A DNA stretch of 64,000 nucleotides from Waddliaceae bacterium (lineage in GTDB: Bacteria; Chlamydiota; Chlamydiia; Chlamydiales; SLFE01). The stretch is from the NCBI GenBank assembly GCA_963783885.1, contig CAWAPJ010000043.1, positions 17,030 through 81,029 of the forward strand, in the 5' to 3' direction. Below, piece by piece: positions 8,029 to 17,444 of the stretch. The number at the start of each line of letters is the position of its first letter. Positions within the stretch are counted from its first letter, which is position 1. The translations under genes and the position numbers were made by a program. The notes beneath the pieces are model-generated. The model was not told where the DNA came from. It saw only the letters and a program-made list of their open reading frames with translations, and did not search any database.

Positions 8029-8052
8029 TCTGATCTCTGCTCTCTAAAGCGG
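8029..8052 (+). repeat. 24-bp direct repeat (partner at 6251-6274) overlapping the mreC stop
   Basis: TCTGATCTCT(T/G)CTCTCTAAAGCGG, 23/24 identical. Confidence 0.75.
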
Positions 8053-8886
8053 CGGCAGGACATGCACAAGCGCAAGCTCTTCGATGTTTTCGGCTGTCGG
8101 GGATGCTTCGATCTCGTAGTAGTAGTCGCCTTCTCTTAATGACTGGATTTTTGTGACCTTTGCAACATGGAGGCCGGCGGGAAAAACGCCGTCCATTCCC
8201 GTTGTGACCAGAAGGTCCCCTATTTTCAGGATGGCCGGATCCGAGCGGAGGTCTCTTGCGGGGCTGAATTCATCGTCGTAATCGTAATTAAAGCCGTCGC
8301 CGATGAGAGTGCTTCCGCGGGAGCGCCACATGGTTTTGGCGCTTCCGTGAAGTTCTCCTTTCGCCAGGTAAAGGGGCTCGCCTGAGCTGTCTGTGCGCTG
8401 GGCCCTCACTGATGGGGTGAGCTCAGGATCGGTTATCAGCCGCACAAGGGAACGGTTGGATTGAACGGTTTCGACAACTCCGATAAGCGATTTTCCCAAA
8501 ACGACAGGACTGTTTTTGGCTACGATTGTTTTATTAAGTTTTTGATTGTCTTTTTCGCCGACGTTGATCCAAAGCGAGCTGTTCCAGGAAATAGGACAGC
8601 GATAGATGACGCTGGCAGAGAGTGCCTCGATATCATGATCCAGCTCGTGGCGGGTCAAATCCTTATACTGTGAGATCCTGTCTTTTAGGAGAAGATTTTC
8701 CAGCTCAAGTCTGGCGATTGTCTCTTCGGCCTCGCCTTGCCGGCTTACCTGAAAAAGACTCCAAAGAGGTTTAACAAGAGCGATGGTGAGACCCTGGAGT
8801 TTTTGCGACGAGTAAATTGAGAGGCTGAGTAAAAAAACGAGTGAGAGAGATATCAGTAAAATTGATCGGGTTGTGATCTTTTTCAT
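8044..8886 (-). CDS. mreC: Rod shape-determining protein MreC
   Basis: N-terminal TM and coiled coil; ASVIYR..WNSSLWINVG, PVV..LIGVV, GDLLVTTGMDGVFPAGLHVAKV. Confidence 0.9.
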   Translation of the reverse strand: MKKITTRSILLISLSLVFLLSLSIYSSQKLQGLTIALVKPLWSLFQVSRQGEAEETIARLELENLLLKDRISQYKDLTRHELDHDIEALSASVIYRCPISWNSSLWINVGEKDNQKLNKTIVAKNSPVVLGKSLIGVVETVQSNRSLVRLITDPELTPSVRAQRTDSSGEPLYLAKGELHGSAKTMWRSRGSTLIGDGFNYDYDDEFSPARDLRSDPAILKIGDLLVTTGMDGVFPAGLHVAKVTKIQSLREGDYYYEIEASPTAENIEELALVHVLPPL

Positions 8887-10067
8887 AATATGCTGGCGAT
8901 GGCCTCTGCGGCAGTTTTTACGTTGTCTGGGTTCAATCCGGCTATATTGATCCTTCCGCTTGGAATCATATAAACGGCGTGTTTGTCAATGAGGAGCTGC
9001 ACTTCTTCGGGACTGAGCCCGAGGAGGGTAAACATTCCTTTTTGATGTTTAATAAACTCAAAATCAATGGGGCTTTCTAATGAACTTAGTTCATTGGCGA
9101 AGGCGTTTCTCATTTCGACGATTCTGTTTCTCATAGCCGCAAGCTCCCCTTGCCACTCTTCTGTAAGCTCATGAGAATCAAGAATTGTCGAGACAATTCT
9201 CGCTCCTTGGAGGGGAGGTGACGAATAAATGCTCCTGATGGTTCTTTTAATATGCGAGGCAATTTTGGGAAGGTCTGCCGGGTCCGCAGCTAAAAATGCC
9301 AGGTGCCCGACCCGCTCGCCATAGAGTCCAAAGTTTTTTGCATGGGAAGTGGCGATGGCCATCTCGTGGCCGTCACCTGCGAATTGGCGGATAGCGAAGG
9401 CGTCGGTTTCCAGATTGTCTCCAAATCCTTGATAAGCCAGGTCGAAAAAGGGAAACAGCTCTTTTTCTTTAATTAAGTGCGAGAGTTCTTTCCACTGCTC
9501 GGGGGATGGGTCCATGCCGGTGGGATTATGGCAGCTTCCATGAAGGATGATGATGCTTTTCGGAGGGGCTTCTTTAAGCGAGGCTTTCATAGCTTCAAAA
9601 TCCAGTCTGTGGCCGCGATAATACGCGTATTCTTCTATCTGATAGCCGCATCTTGAAAAGATGAGGCGGTGGTTGCCCCATGTCGGGCGGGATAGATAGA
9701 TTTTAGCTTCCGGACTTACGATTTTTAAAAATTCGCCTCCGATTTTAAGGGCTCCGCTTCCCCCGACGGTTTGCGCCGCGCAGGCCCTCTCTTTATGGGG
9801 AGAGTCTTCTCCAAGTATCAGATCGAGGGTTTTTTGCCGGTAAACTGCGTCGCCGTCAATTGGGAGGTATTCTTTGTTTAGATTTTTTTCTAAAAGGATT
9901 TTTTCAGCCTTTCTGACAACGTCTAAGACATGGGGGGTTCCCCTGGCGTCCCGATAGGCGCCCACTCCCAAATTGACCTTGTTTTCCCTCTTATCTGCCG
10001 CAAACAGCGGAGGGATTCCGAGGATCGGGTCCGCGGGAAGCAGATCAATTTTGGAAAAGACAGACAT
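8883..10067 (-). CDS. aspC: Aspartate/aromatic amino acid aminotransferase (class I)
   Basis: NLGVGAYRD, HNPTG, DLAYQGF, SHAKNFGLYGERVG, SGRINIAGL. Confidence 0.92.
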   Translation of the reverse strand: MSVFSKIDLLPADPILGIPPLFAADKRENKVNLGVGAYRDARGTPHVLDVVRKAEKILLEKNLNKEYLPIDGDAVYRQKTLDLILGEDSPHKERACAAQTVGGSGALKIGGEFLKIVSPEAKIYLSRPTWGNHRLIFSRCGYQIEEYAYYRGHRLDFEAMKASLKEAPPKSIIILHGSCHNPTGMDPSPEQWKELSHLIKEKELFPFFDLAYQGFGDNLETDAFAIRQFAGDGHEMAIATSHAKNFGLYGERVGHLAFLAADPADLPKIASHIKRTIRSIYSSPPLQGARIVSTILDSHELTEEWQGELAAMRNRIVEMRNAFANELSSLESPIDFEFIKHQKGMFTLLGLSPEEVQLLIDKHAVYMIPSGRINIAGLNPDNVKTAAEAIASIL

Positions 10068-10283
10068 AAGGACCGGCCAGGTAATATTTTTTTCAATAAA
10101 ATCATAGGAAATTTTCTCTTTTTATTGTATAAAAACGTCATTGCGTATTAAAAATAGGACATACTTGACAAAAACCTCGACATATTCAATGATATTACCT
10201 ACAAGTTTTGCACGCACAGGTAAGTTTTCTTACTCTATATTCTGGGTGGGGAACTTACTTTTTTTTCGACCCTATAAACAATT

Positions 10284-11954
10284 GTGAGCATGAACAAATC
10301 AGATAATAAAAACACCTTCACTCCCGGGCACCAGCAAAAGATCGACGAGCTGGTACATATAGCTAAAGAGCAAGGGTTTATCACTTATGAGGAAATCAAT
10401 GACATCCTGCCTATGTCGTTTGACAACCCCGAGCTGATCGACCAGGTTCTCATCTTCATTTCCGGCATGGATATTCAGATTCTGAATCAATCCGAAGTGG
10501 AACGCCAGAAAGAAAAGAAGAAAGAAGCTAAAGAAATGGAATCCGTTCCCAAGCGGGCAGAGGGGACTCCCGACGATCCGGTCCGCATGTACCTCAAAGA
10601 GATGGGGTCGGTTCCACTGCTGAGCCGGGAAGAAGAAGTTGAAATTTCCAAGCGTATAGAAAAAGCCCAGCAGCAGGTCGAAAAAATCATCATGCGCTTC
10701 CGTTATTCAGCCTCCGAGGCGATCGCGATTGCGACCTACCTTGTGCAGAATAAAGAACGCTTCGATAAGTGCATTTCGGAAAAAGAAGTCTCGAATAAAC
10801 AGGAATTTGTTAGGAAGCTTCCCAAGCTGTGCGAACTGCTGCGGCAAGAAGATATCGTTTTGGAAGATCTTTTCGTACAACTGGACAACCCCAAGCTAAA
10901 GAAAGCGGGCCGCGCCAAGCTGCTCGAAGAAGTGGAAAAGTGTCGCATCAGAACGCAGGCTTATCTTAGGCATTTGCATCTTAAACAAAATATCATCGAG
11001 GATTTTGGAGAGGTTATTCTCCAGTCCTATAACCGTTTTCTCGAGCTGGAAAAAGAGATCAAGGAACTGGAGCCGCGGGCCGAGAGGAACCGTTTTGCCG
11101 CCGGCAAGCTCGCCGCTGCGCAAAGGAAGCTGAAAAAGAAAGAGCTTGCCGCAGGCCGAACCCTCGACGAATTTAAGAAAGATGTCCGGATGCTCCACCG
11201 CTGGATGGACAAGGCCCAGGAAGCCAAGCGGGAAATGGTGGAATCCAATCTCCGCCTGGTCATATCGATTGCCAAGAAGTATACCAACAGGGGGCTTTCG
11301 TTTCTCGACCTGATTCAGGAAGGGAATATGGGCCTCATGAAAGCGGTCGAAAAGTTTGAGTACCGCAGAGGCTATAAGTTTTCGACTTACGCGACCTGGT
11401 GGATCCGGCAGGCCGTTACCCGGGCGATAGCCGATCAGGCGCGCACCATCCGTATTCCCGTCCATATGATCGAGACGATCAACAAAGTTCTTCGCGGTGC
11501 GAAAAAACTGATGATGGAAACCGGACGCGAACCGACCCCTGAAGAGTTGGCAGAAGAGCTTGGCATTACAGCCGAGCGGGTTCGTGAAATTTACAAGATT
11601 GCCCAGCATCCCATATCTCTTCAGGCTGAAGTGGGTGACGGAGGGGAAAGCCAGTTCGGCGATTTTCTCGAAGACACCGCAGCCGACTCTCCATCGGAGG
11701 CAACGGGGTATTCCATTTTGAAAGATATGATGGCCGAAGTGCTTGAGACCTTGAACGATCGCGAGCGGAAGGTTCTGATCCAGCGTTTCGGGCTCAATGA
11801 CGGAAAGCCGAAAACACTTGAAGAAGTCGGTGTGGAATTTAATGTGACCAGGGAGCGAATTCGGCAAATTGAAGCGAAGGCGCTGCGTAAAATGCGCCAT
11901 CCGACAAGGTCCAAAAGACTCAGAGCCTTTCTCGATTTCCTCGAAGAAGAATAA
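10284..11954 (+). CDS. rpoD: Primary RNA polymerase sigma factor (sigma66)
   Basis: [55 protein letters not shown]. Confidence 0.98.
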   Translation: MSMNKSDNKNTFTPGHQQKIDELVHIAKEQGFITYEEINDILPMSFDNPELIDQVLIFISGMDIQILNQSEVERQKEKKKEAKEMESVPKRAEGTPDDPVRMYLKEMGSVPLLSREEEVEISKRIEKAQQQVEKIIMRFRYSASEAIAIATYLVQNKERFDKCISEKEVSNKQEFVRKLPKLCELLRQEDIVLEDLFVQLDNPKLKKAGRAKLLEEVEKCRIRTQAYLRHLHLKQNIIEDFGEVILQSYNRFLELEKEIKELEPRAERNRFAAGKLAAAQRKLKKKELAAGRTLDEFKKDVRMLHRWMDKAQEAKREMVESNLRLVISIAKKYTNRGLSFLDLIQEGNMGLMKAVEKFEYRRGYKFSTYATWWIRQAVTRAIADQARTIRIPVHMIETINKVLRGAKKLMMETGREPTPEELAEELGITAERVREIYKIAQHPISLQAEVGDGGESQFGDFLEDTAADSPSEATGYSILKDMMAEVLETLNDRERKVLIQRFGLNDGKPKTLEEVGVEFNVTRERIRQIEAKALRKMRHPTRSKRLRAFLDFLEEE

Positions 11955-12032
11955 CCCGCTTTTATCACAGGAACTCGAGGTTTGCAAAAACTCGAGGAGT
12001 GACATACGTCAAACTAGACCGACGAGAGTTTT

Positions 12033-14285
12033 ATGCAAAATCGGCAGACAAATTGGTCAAAAGACTGTGATAAAAGCGGGGTAATAAGCCTCGATACCGA
12101 CTCCTTACTTAAGCTGCTCGAGCCTAAAGGTCGCTTGAACGGGTTTTTAAGCGGATATGAATCCCGCATCCAGCAGCAGGAGATGATGCGGGCTGTCATC
12201 GAGGCATTTAACAGTAAGCACATTTCTCTGATCGAGGCGGGGACCGGTACCGGAAAAAGCCTGGCATACTTAATTCCCGCTGCGGTAAAAGCTGCGGGCG
12301 ACAACCAACCGGTAGTGATTGCGACAAAGACCATCAACCTCCAGCAGCAGCTGATTGAAAAGGACATTCCCTTAGTTGCGAAAGTTTTGGGCTTTGATTT
12401 TAAATACGCTCTTGTCAAGGGAATCGGCAATTATGTCTGCTTGAGAAAACTCAAAGATACAGAAAATGAACTCGATCTTCTGCCGCCGGCAGAATCAAAG
12501 CAGTTGAGAAGAATCCAAGCCTGGGCAGAAACGACGCCGTCGGGATCGAAATCGGAGCTGGATTTCAATCCTTATTCCTCTGTTTGGGAAAAAGTGGGCT
12601 GCGAATTCGACACTTGCACATTCCGCAAATGTCCTCATTACGAAGATTGCCATTTCTTTAAAGCCCGCGAAGAGGCCAAAGAAGCTAAGATTCTTATCGT
12701 CAATCATCATATCCTCTTTGCCGATCTTGCTATGCGGGCCGCCGATGACAATTACGACGATGCGGCGCTGCTTCCTCATTATCGCCATGTGATTGTCGAC
12801 GAGGCGCATCACATCGAAGATGTGGCGACAGAATTTTTTGCCGATCATGCATCCCGCCTTGATTTTATGAAAATCCTGGGAAAAATATCGTCAGAGAGAA
12901 CGGGGTCCGATGCGGGAAGGTTGTCCATTTTAAAAAAGAAAGTGATGCAGGCCAGCAAACTGGCTCCCAAAGATCAGTTCGATAAGCTAATGACTCTGTT
13001 TAATGTACAGCTTCTTTTTAGCCGGCGGGAAGTGATCCGGCAGATTGCCGATTTTTTTCAGGCTCTGACACATTATTTCAGTCATAAACAAAAGAATGGA
13101 GAGGAAGAGAATAAACTCAGGCTCTTTCAAGGCTATGCGAATGACCGTTTTTGGCTGGAAGAAGTCAAGCCTTATGCGGACTCCTTTCTTCGGAGTATAA
13201 AAAGTTATACGCATACTCTTTATACTTTATGCAGGGAAATCAAAGAGATCGACCATCAGCCTCTGCAGGAGCAGTCAGCCGGCCTTCTTGCCGAAATATC
13301 GGCGTATGCCGCCCGTCTGGATGAAAAAGCCGCTGTTGTTGAAAAATGCGTTTTTGAAGAGGTTGGAAAAGAGTGCGTCCGCTGGCTTGAAACATCGCTT
13401 GTCAATACTTTGCAAAACATCACCATGATTGAAGCTAAGCTCGATATTTCCCCTTACCTTGTGCAAAACTTCTTTAAGAAATTTGAAACTATTGTCTTTT
13501 GCAGCGCGACGTTGACAACGAGCGGAAATTTTAATTATTTCAAAAACAGGCTTGGGCTTTCGTTGGACGAGCTATCTTATCGGAATATTGAGGAGGCGAT
13601 TTTTCTCTCGCCTTTTGATTATCGGAAACAAGTGATGCTGGTCATTCCCTCCACTCTGCCCTCGCCGCAGGAAAGCTCTTATATTGATAAAGCGTCGGAG
13701 GCCATTCTTCAGGCGGTCAAAGCCAGCCATGGAAATGCTTTCATTTTGTTCACTTCCTATATCATGCTTCGGCAGTGCTGCGAAAAACTTACCCCTATCC
13801 TCAGGAAGCTCCGTTATGTCATATTGAAGCAAGGGGACGACCAGAGGCAGACCCTGCTCAATCATTTTAGAAACACGAACAGGTCGGTTCTATTTGCTAC
13901 CGACTCCTTTTGGGAGGGAGTCGATGTTTCCGGGGAGGCGCTCAGGCTTGTCATCCTTGTGAAGCTTCCCTTTCGAGTGCCTTCCGAGCCGATCTTTCAG
14001 GCTAGGTCGGAACTGATCGCCTCTCAGGGAAGATCACCTTTTCTCGACTACTCGCTTCCTTCTGCCATTGTGAAATTCAAGCAGGGTTTCGGCCGTTTGA
14101 TCCGCCATAAAAGCGACCGAGGCGTTGTTATGGTTCTCGATAGCCGCCTCATAAAAAAAGGGTACGGCAAACAGTTTCTAAAAAGTCTTCCCGACTGTCC
14201 TCATATCTTCACTGAAAATCCATCAAAAGATATGGAAGCATTCTATAAGCGCACTTATCCTCTTGTCCTCTCCCGCAATTCGTGA
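12033..14285 (+). CDS. dinG: DinG/YoaA-family helicase
   Basis: EAGTGTGKS, Fe-S cysteines, VNHH, DEAHH, SFWEGVD, KLPF, QGFGRLIR. Confidence 0.92.
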   Translation: MQNRQTNWSKDCDKSGVISLDTDSLLKLLEPKGRLNGFLSGYESRIQQQEMMRAVIEAFNSKHISLIEAGTGTGKSLAYLIPAAVKAAGDNQPVVIATKTINLQQQLIEKDIPLVAKVLGFDFKYALVKGIGNYVCLRKLKDTENELDLLPPAESKQLRRIQAWAETTPSGSKSELDFNPYSSVWEKVGCEFDTCTFRKCPHYEDCHFFKAREEAKEAKILIVNHHILFADLAMRAADDNYDDAALLPHYRHVIVDEAHHIEDVATEFFADHASRLDFMKILGKISSERTGSDAGRLSILKKKVMQASKLAPKDQFDKLMTLFNVQLLFSRREVIRQIADFFQALTHYFSHKQKNGEEENKLRLFQGYANDRFWLEEVKPYADSFLRSIKSYTHTLYTLCREIKEIDHQPLQEQSAGLLAEISAYAARLDEKAAVVEKCVFEEVGKECVRWLETSLVNTLQNITMIEAKLDISPYLVQNFFKKFETIVFCSATLTTSGNFNYFKNRLGLSLDELSYRNIEEAIFLSPFDYRKQVMLVIPSTLPSPQESSYIDKASEAILQAVKASHGNAFILFTSYIMLRQCCEKLTPILRKLRYVILKQGDDQRQTLLNHFRNTNRSVLFATDSFWEGVDVSGEALRLVILVKLPFRVPSEPIFQARSELIASQGRSPFLDYSLPSAIVKFKQGFGRLIRHKSDRGVVMVLDSRLIKKGYGKQFLKSLPDCPHIFTENPSKDMEAFYKRTYPLVLSRNS

Positions 14286-14299
14286 TATAAGGCGGGGAT

Positions 14300-14758
14300 A
14301 TGAAGAGGATTGTTTTAGTCAGGCATGCGAAACCTGAAAGCGGAGCGAGCAGTGAAAATCCCCCTTTAAGCGAAGAGGGACGCGATACCCACAGCCGCAT
14401 TTCCGAAGAGTTGAAGAATCAGGGGATCAGGCCCACAAAAATTTTGTCCTCCCCTCTTTTGCGCGCCATGCAGTCCGCCGAAATTATGGCCAAAGAATTC
14501 GGGCTAGATGTTCAGGAAGAGCCGATTCTTGACGGATCCAGAAGCGCAGAAGAGATTGTGAAGGAAATTCAACGGACACCCGACGGCGAATCCGTTTTTC
14601 TTGTCGGTCACGTTCCCGTTATGACCGAACTGGCCAACCGGCTCGGCCCCGAAAAAGTGACTGAAGGAGTCAGCAAAAGCGGCTGTGTCATCTTTGACTT
14701 TGTCACCGATATCGACTTCGGAAAGGGGCAGTATGTCGGCTACATTCATTCAAATTGA
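14300..14758 (+). CDS. sixA: SixA-like phosphohistidine phosphatase
   Basis: LVRHAK, SSPLLRAMQSA, LVGHVP. Confidence 0.8.
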   Translation: MKRIVLVRHAKPESGASSENPPLSEEGRDTHSRISEELKNQGIRPTKILSSPLLRAMQSAEIMAKEFGLDVQEEPILDGSRSAEEIVKEIQRTPDGESVFLVGHVPVMTELANRLGPEKVTEGVSKSGCVIFDFVTDIDFGKGQYVGYIHSN

Positions 14759-16236
14759 CCAAGATGCGTGACAGGTGGCCATCAAAAACAATATTCATCT
14801 TTGCCGCGGTCGGCTCTGCGGTAGGGCTTGGAAATATTTGGCGTTTTCCCTACCTGGTCGGCAAATATGGGGGAGGAGCCTTTCTATTTCCCTATATTCT
14901 TCTTCTCTTTCTCTTTGGAATTCCTTTGCTGGTTCTGGAGATTTCTTTGGGACAAAAAATGCAGCTGGGAGCTGTCGGCGCTTTCAGAAAAATCGGCAAA
15001 CCGTTTTCCGGCATCGGGGTGGGGGCTGTTTTGTGCAGTTTCTTTGTCTCCTGTTACTACGCCGTCGTGATGGCCTGGAGCATCATGTATATTTATTACT
15101 CCGTGAACATCTCATGGGGCGAGTCTCCCAGCACATTTTTCTTTCGAGATGTTTTGCACAGCGCGTCTGGTCCATCGGACCTTTGGACGATACCCACGCC
15201 TGTATTGACGGCTCTGGTTCTTTGCTGGTTTTTCGTCTATTTCTGCATATGGAAAGGGGTGAAGAGTGTCAGCGCAGTTGTTGTCGTCACGATGCCCCTT
15301 CCCGTTATTTTACTGTTTATCCTTTTGATTCGCGGCGTCACGCTTCCCGGCTCTGTAGACGGACTTATCTATTACTTTTCTCCCAACTTCAAAGCGCTAT
15401 TGGATATCGAAGTGTGGAGGGTGGCAATGACGCAGGTCTTCTTCAGCCTCTCTTTAGGTTTCGGGGTGATGATCGCTTATGGAAGTTACGAAAAATCGAC
15501 CGGCGATATTGTCAAAAGCGCTTATATTATAGCGCTTTCCGATGCCGCTGTTGCGCTTTTGTCGGGCTGCGTTGTTTTTGCGACTCTCGGCTATATGTCG
15601 CATGAAAGCGGTTCTTCTTTGGCCGATTTGGCCGCTTCGGGGCCGAGCCTGGCCTTTATTGTCTTTCCCAAGGCCCTGTCGCTGATTCCCGGAGCCCCTT
15701 TTTTTGCTTTCTTTTTCTTTTTGATGTTATTGATGCTTGGGATCGACAGTTTGTTTTCTCTGGTCGAAGCGATTTCCACAACTCTGCACGATCAATGGAG
15801 CTTTATCAGAAAAGAAGACATAACTTTATATGTCTGCGTCTTTTGTTTCTTGGGAGGACTCATTTTTACCACGACGGCCGGCATTTACTTTCTCGACATT
15901 TCCGACCACTACGTGACTTTTTATGGACTTGTGACCGTCAGTTTCTTGCAGGCCCTTGTTGCCGGCTGGTGCTACAAAGCTCAGCCGCTCTACCACTGGA
16001 TTAACGAAGTCTCGACCTGGCAGCTGACAAGGTGGTGGCCATTTTGCATCCGTTATTTTGCCCCAGTCTGTTTATTTCTTTTGATTGCAAGCGGTTTGTA
16101 CCAAGATATCACAACGCCCTACGAAGGTTATCCCGGATGGGCGACTATCCTCATGGGTTGGATAGTGATTGCCTTTATCATCTTTGCAGGGGTGGTTCAT
16201 TCTTATGCCTCTATCCGGAAGCCTTTCAAGAAATAG
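14755..16236 (+). CDS. Sodium-dependent transporter, NSS/SNF family
   Basis: GSAVGLGNIWRFPY, GGGAFL, QVFFSLSLGFG, GPSLAFIVFP. Confidence 0.93.
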   Translation: MTKMRDRWPSKTIFIFAAVGSAVGLGNIWRFPYLVGKYGGGAFLFPYILLLFLFGIPLLVLEISLGQKMQLGAVGAFRKIGKPFSGIGVGAVLCSFFVSCYYAVVMAWSIMYIYYSVNISWGESPSTFFFRDVLHSASGPSDLWTIPTPVLTALVLCWFFVYFCIWKGVKSVSAVVVVTMPLPVILLFILLIRGVTLPGSVDGLIYYFSPNFKALLDIEVWRVAMTQVFFSLSLGFGVMIAYGSYEKSTGDIVKSAYIIALSDAAVALLSGCVVFATLGYMSHESGSSLADLAASGPSLAFIVFPKALSLIPGAPFFAFFFFLMLLMLGIDSLFSLVEAISTTLHDQWSFIRKEDITLYVCVFCFLGGLIFTTTAGIYFLDISDHYVTFYGLVTVSFLQALVAGWCYKAQPLYHWINEVSTWQLTRWWPFCIRYFAPVCLFLLIASGLYQDITTPYEGYPGWATILMGWIVIAFIIFAGVVHSYASIRKPFKK

Positions 16237-16264
16237 GCAAACCCATTATAGAAATAAGTAAGAT

Positions 16265-17188
16265 ATGAAAGAAAGGACCATTCCAAAAGAGATTTTCTGG
16301 CGACGCATGCATTCTCTTGCAGGGCTTTGGCTGATCCTGTTTATTATCGAACACTTGCTGACCAATTCACAGTCGGCCCTTTTTTTCGGCAATGACGGAC
16401 GGGGGTTTATCGAATCGGTTAATTGGATTCACAGCCTTCCCTATCTGCCCGCTATCGAAATCATTTTCCTCGCGCTCCCCTTCTTTGTTCATGGATTATG
16501 GGGATTAAAGTATGCGCGGGAGGCCAAATTCAATTCATTTCCTTCGGATGGCACAAGGCCTGCGCTGACACGCTACAGAAGAAATCACGGATTCACCTGG
16601 CAGAGGATAACCGCCTGGATTTTAGCGGTGGGAGTCGTCGCCCATGTGGTGCAGATGAGATTTATCGACTATCCTGAGGAAACCCCCTTGGGCGCAAAGG
16701 AAAATTATATCGTCAGGGTCAGCGATGATCCCGGCCTTAAGACCCTTGCCTGGAAGCTGAATTTTCAGATTTTTACCCAGGAAAGGGTAGAAGCTTTATC
16801 AAAACAACTGGAGGCAGAGCCTGCAGCCGCAGGCGCTGTTCAGAAACAGAAAAAGAAAGAAAATACCAAATTTCTTCATGCGCTTGAGGCAAAACCGCTT
16901 AGGCAGGGGGAGGTGGCCGTCGTCGCCGCAAATTTTGGAACCGCCTCGCTTATGGTTGTGCGCGATACGTTTAAGAGTCCTCTGATGATTATTCTCTATG
17001 CCCTTTTCGTGATTGCTGCCGGCTATCACGCGTTTTATGGGCTCTGGACCGCGTTTATCACATGGGGATTCAATATCAAACCCAAGACTCAGAGTCAATT
17101 TTTTCTCGTGACCAATACATTGATGGTCGTTGTCACCGCATTGGGGTTGGCTTCGGTCTTTTTAACTTATTTAAACTTGAAAAGTTAG
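16265..17188 (+). CDS. sdhC: Succinate dehydrogenase cytochrome b558 subunit
   Basis: RRMHSLAG, HGLWG, WQRITA, YHAFYGLW; upstream of sdhAB. Confidence 0.9.
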   Translation: MKERTIPKEIFWRRMHSLAGLWLILFIIEHLLTNSQSALFFGNDGRGFIESVNWIHSLPYLPAIEIIFLALPFFVHGLWGLKYAREAKFNSFPSDGTRPALTRYRRNHGFTWQRITAWILAVGVVAHVVQMRFIDYPEETPLGAKENYIVRVSDDPGLKTLAWKLNFQIFTQERVEALSKQLEAEPAAAGAVQKQKKKENTKFLHALEAKPLRQGEVAVVAANFGTASLMVVRDTFKSPLMIILYALFVIAAGYHAFYGLWTAFITWGFNIKPKTQSQFFLVTNTLMVVVTALGLASVFLTYLNLKS

Positions 17189-17198
17189 GAGTACAATT

Positions 17199-17441
17199 AT
17201 GAAACTCAATGCTACAGCTCTCGGTGTTGCGGGAGGCATAATATGGGGGGTTTCGATGCTTATCTTAACCTGGATTTGCATGGCAAACGGCTATGCTGCC
17301 ATGTGGCTCGAGGTGATGGCAAGCGTCTATCCCGGCTACAACATAAGTTTTGGCGGAAGCATCATCGGTCTGCTTTACGGTTTTGCCGATGGTTTTATCG
17401 GGCTTTTTATTTTAGGCTGGCTTTATAACCGCTTAGGGTAG
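17199..17441 (+). CDS. Small two-TM membrane protein
   Basis: AGGAG RBS, 80 aa, YPGY..FGGSIIGLLYGFADG; fills the sdhC-sdhA gap. Confidence 0.75.
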   Translation: MKLNATALGVAGGIIWGVSMLILTWICMANGYAAMWLEVMASVYPGYNISFGGSIIGLLYGFADGFIGLFILGWLYNRLG

Positions 17442-17444
17442 TCC

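Noticed and set aside
10896..12005. Long antisense ORFs over rpoD (also over fusA, uvrB, topA)
   Set aside because: Shadow frames of conserved genes with no independent motifs.
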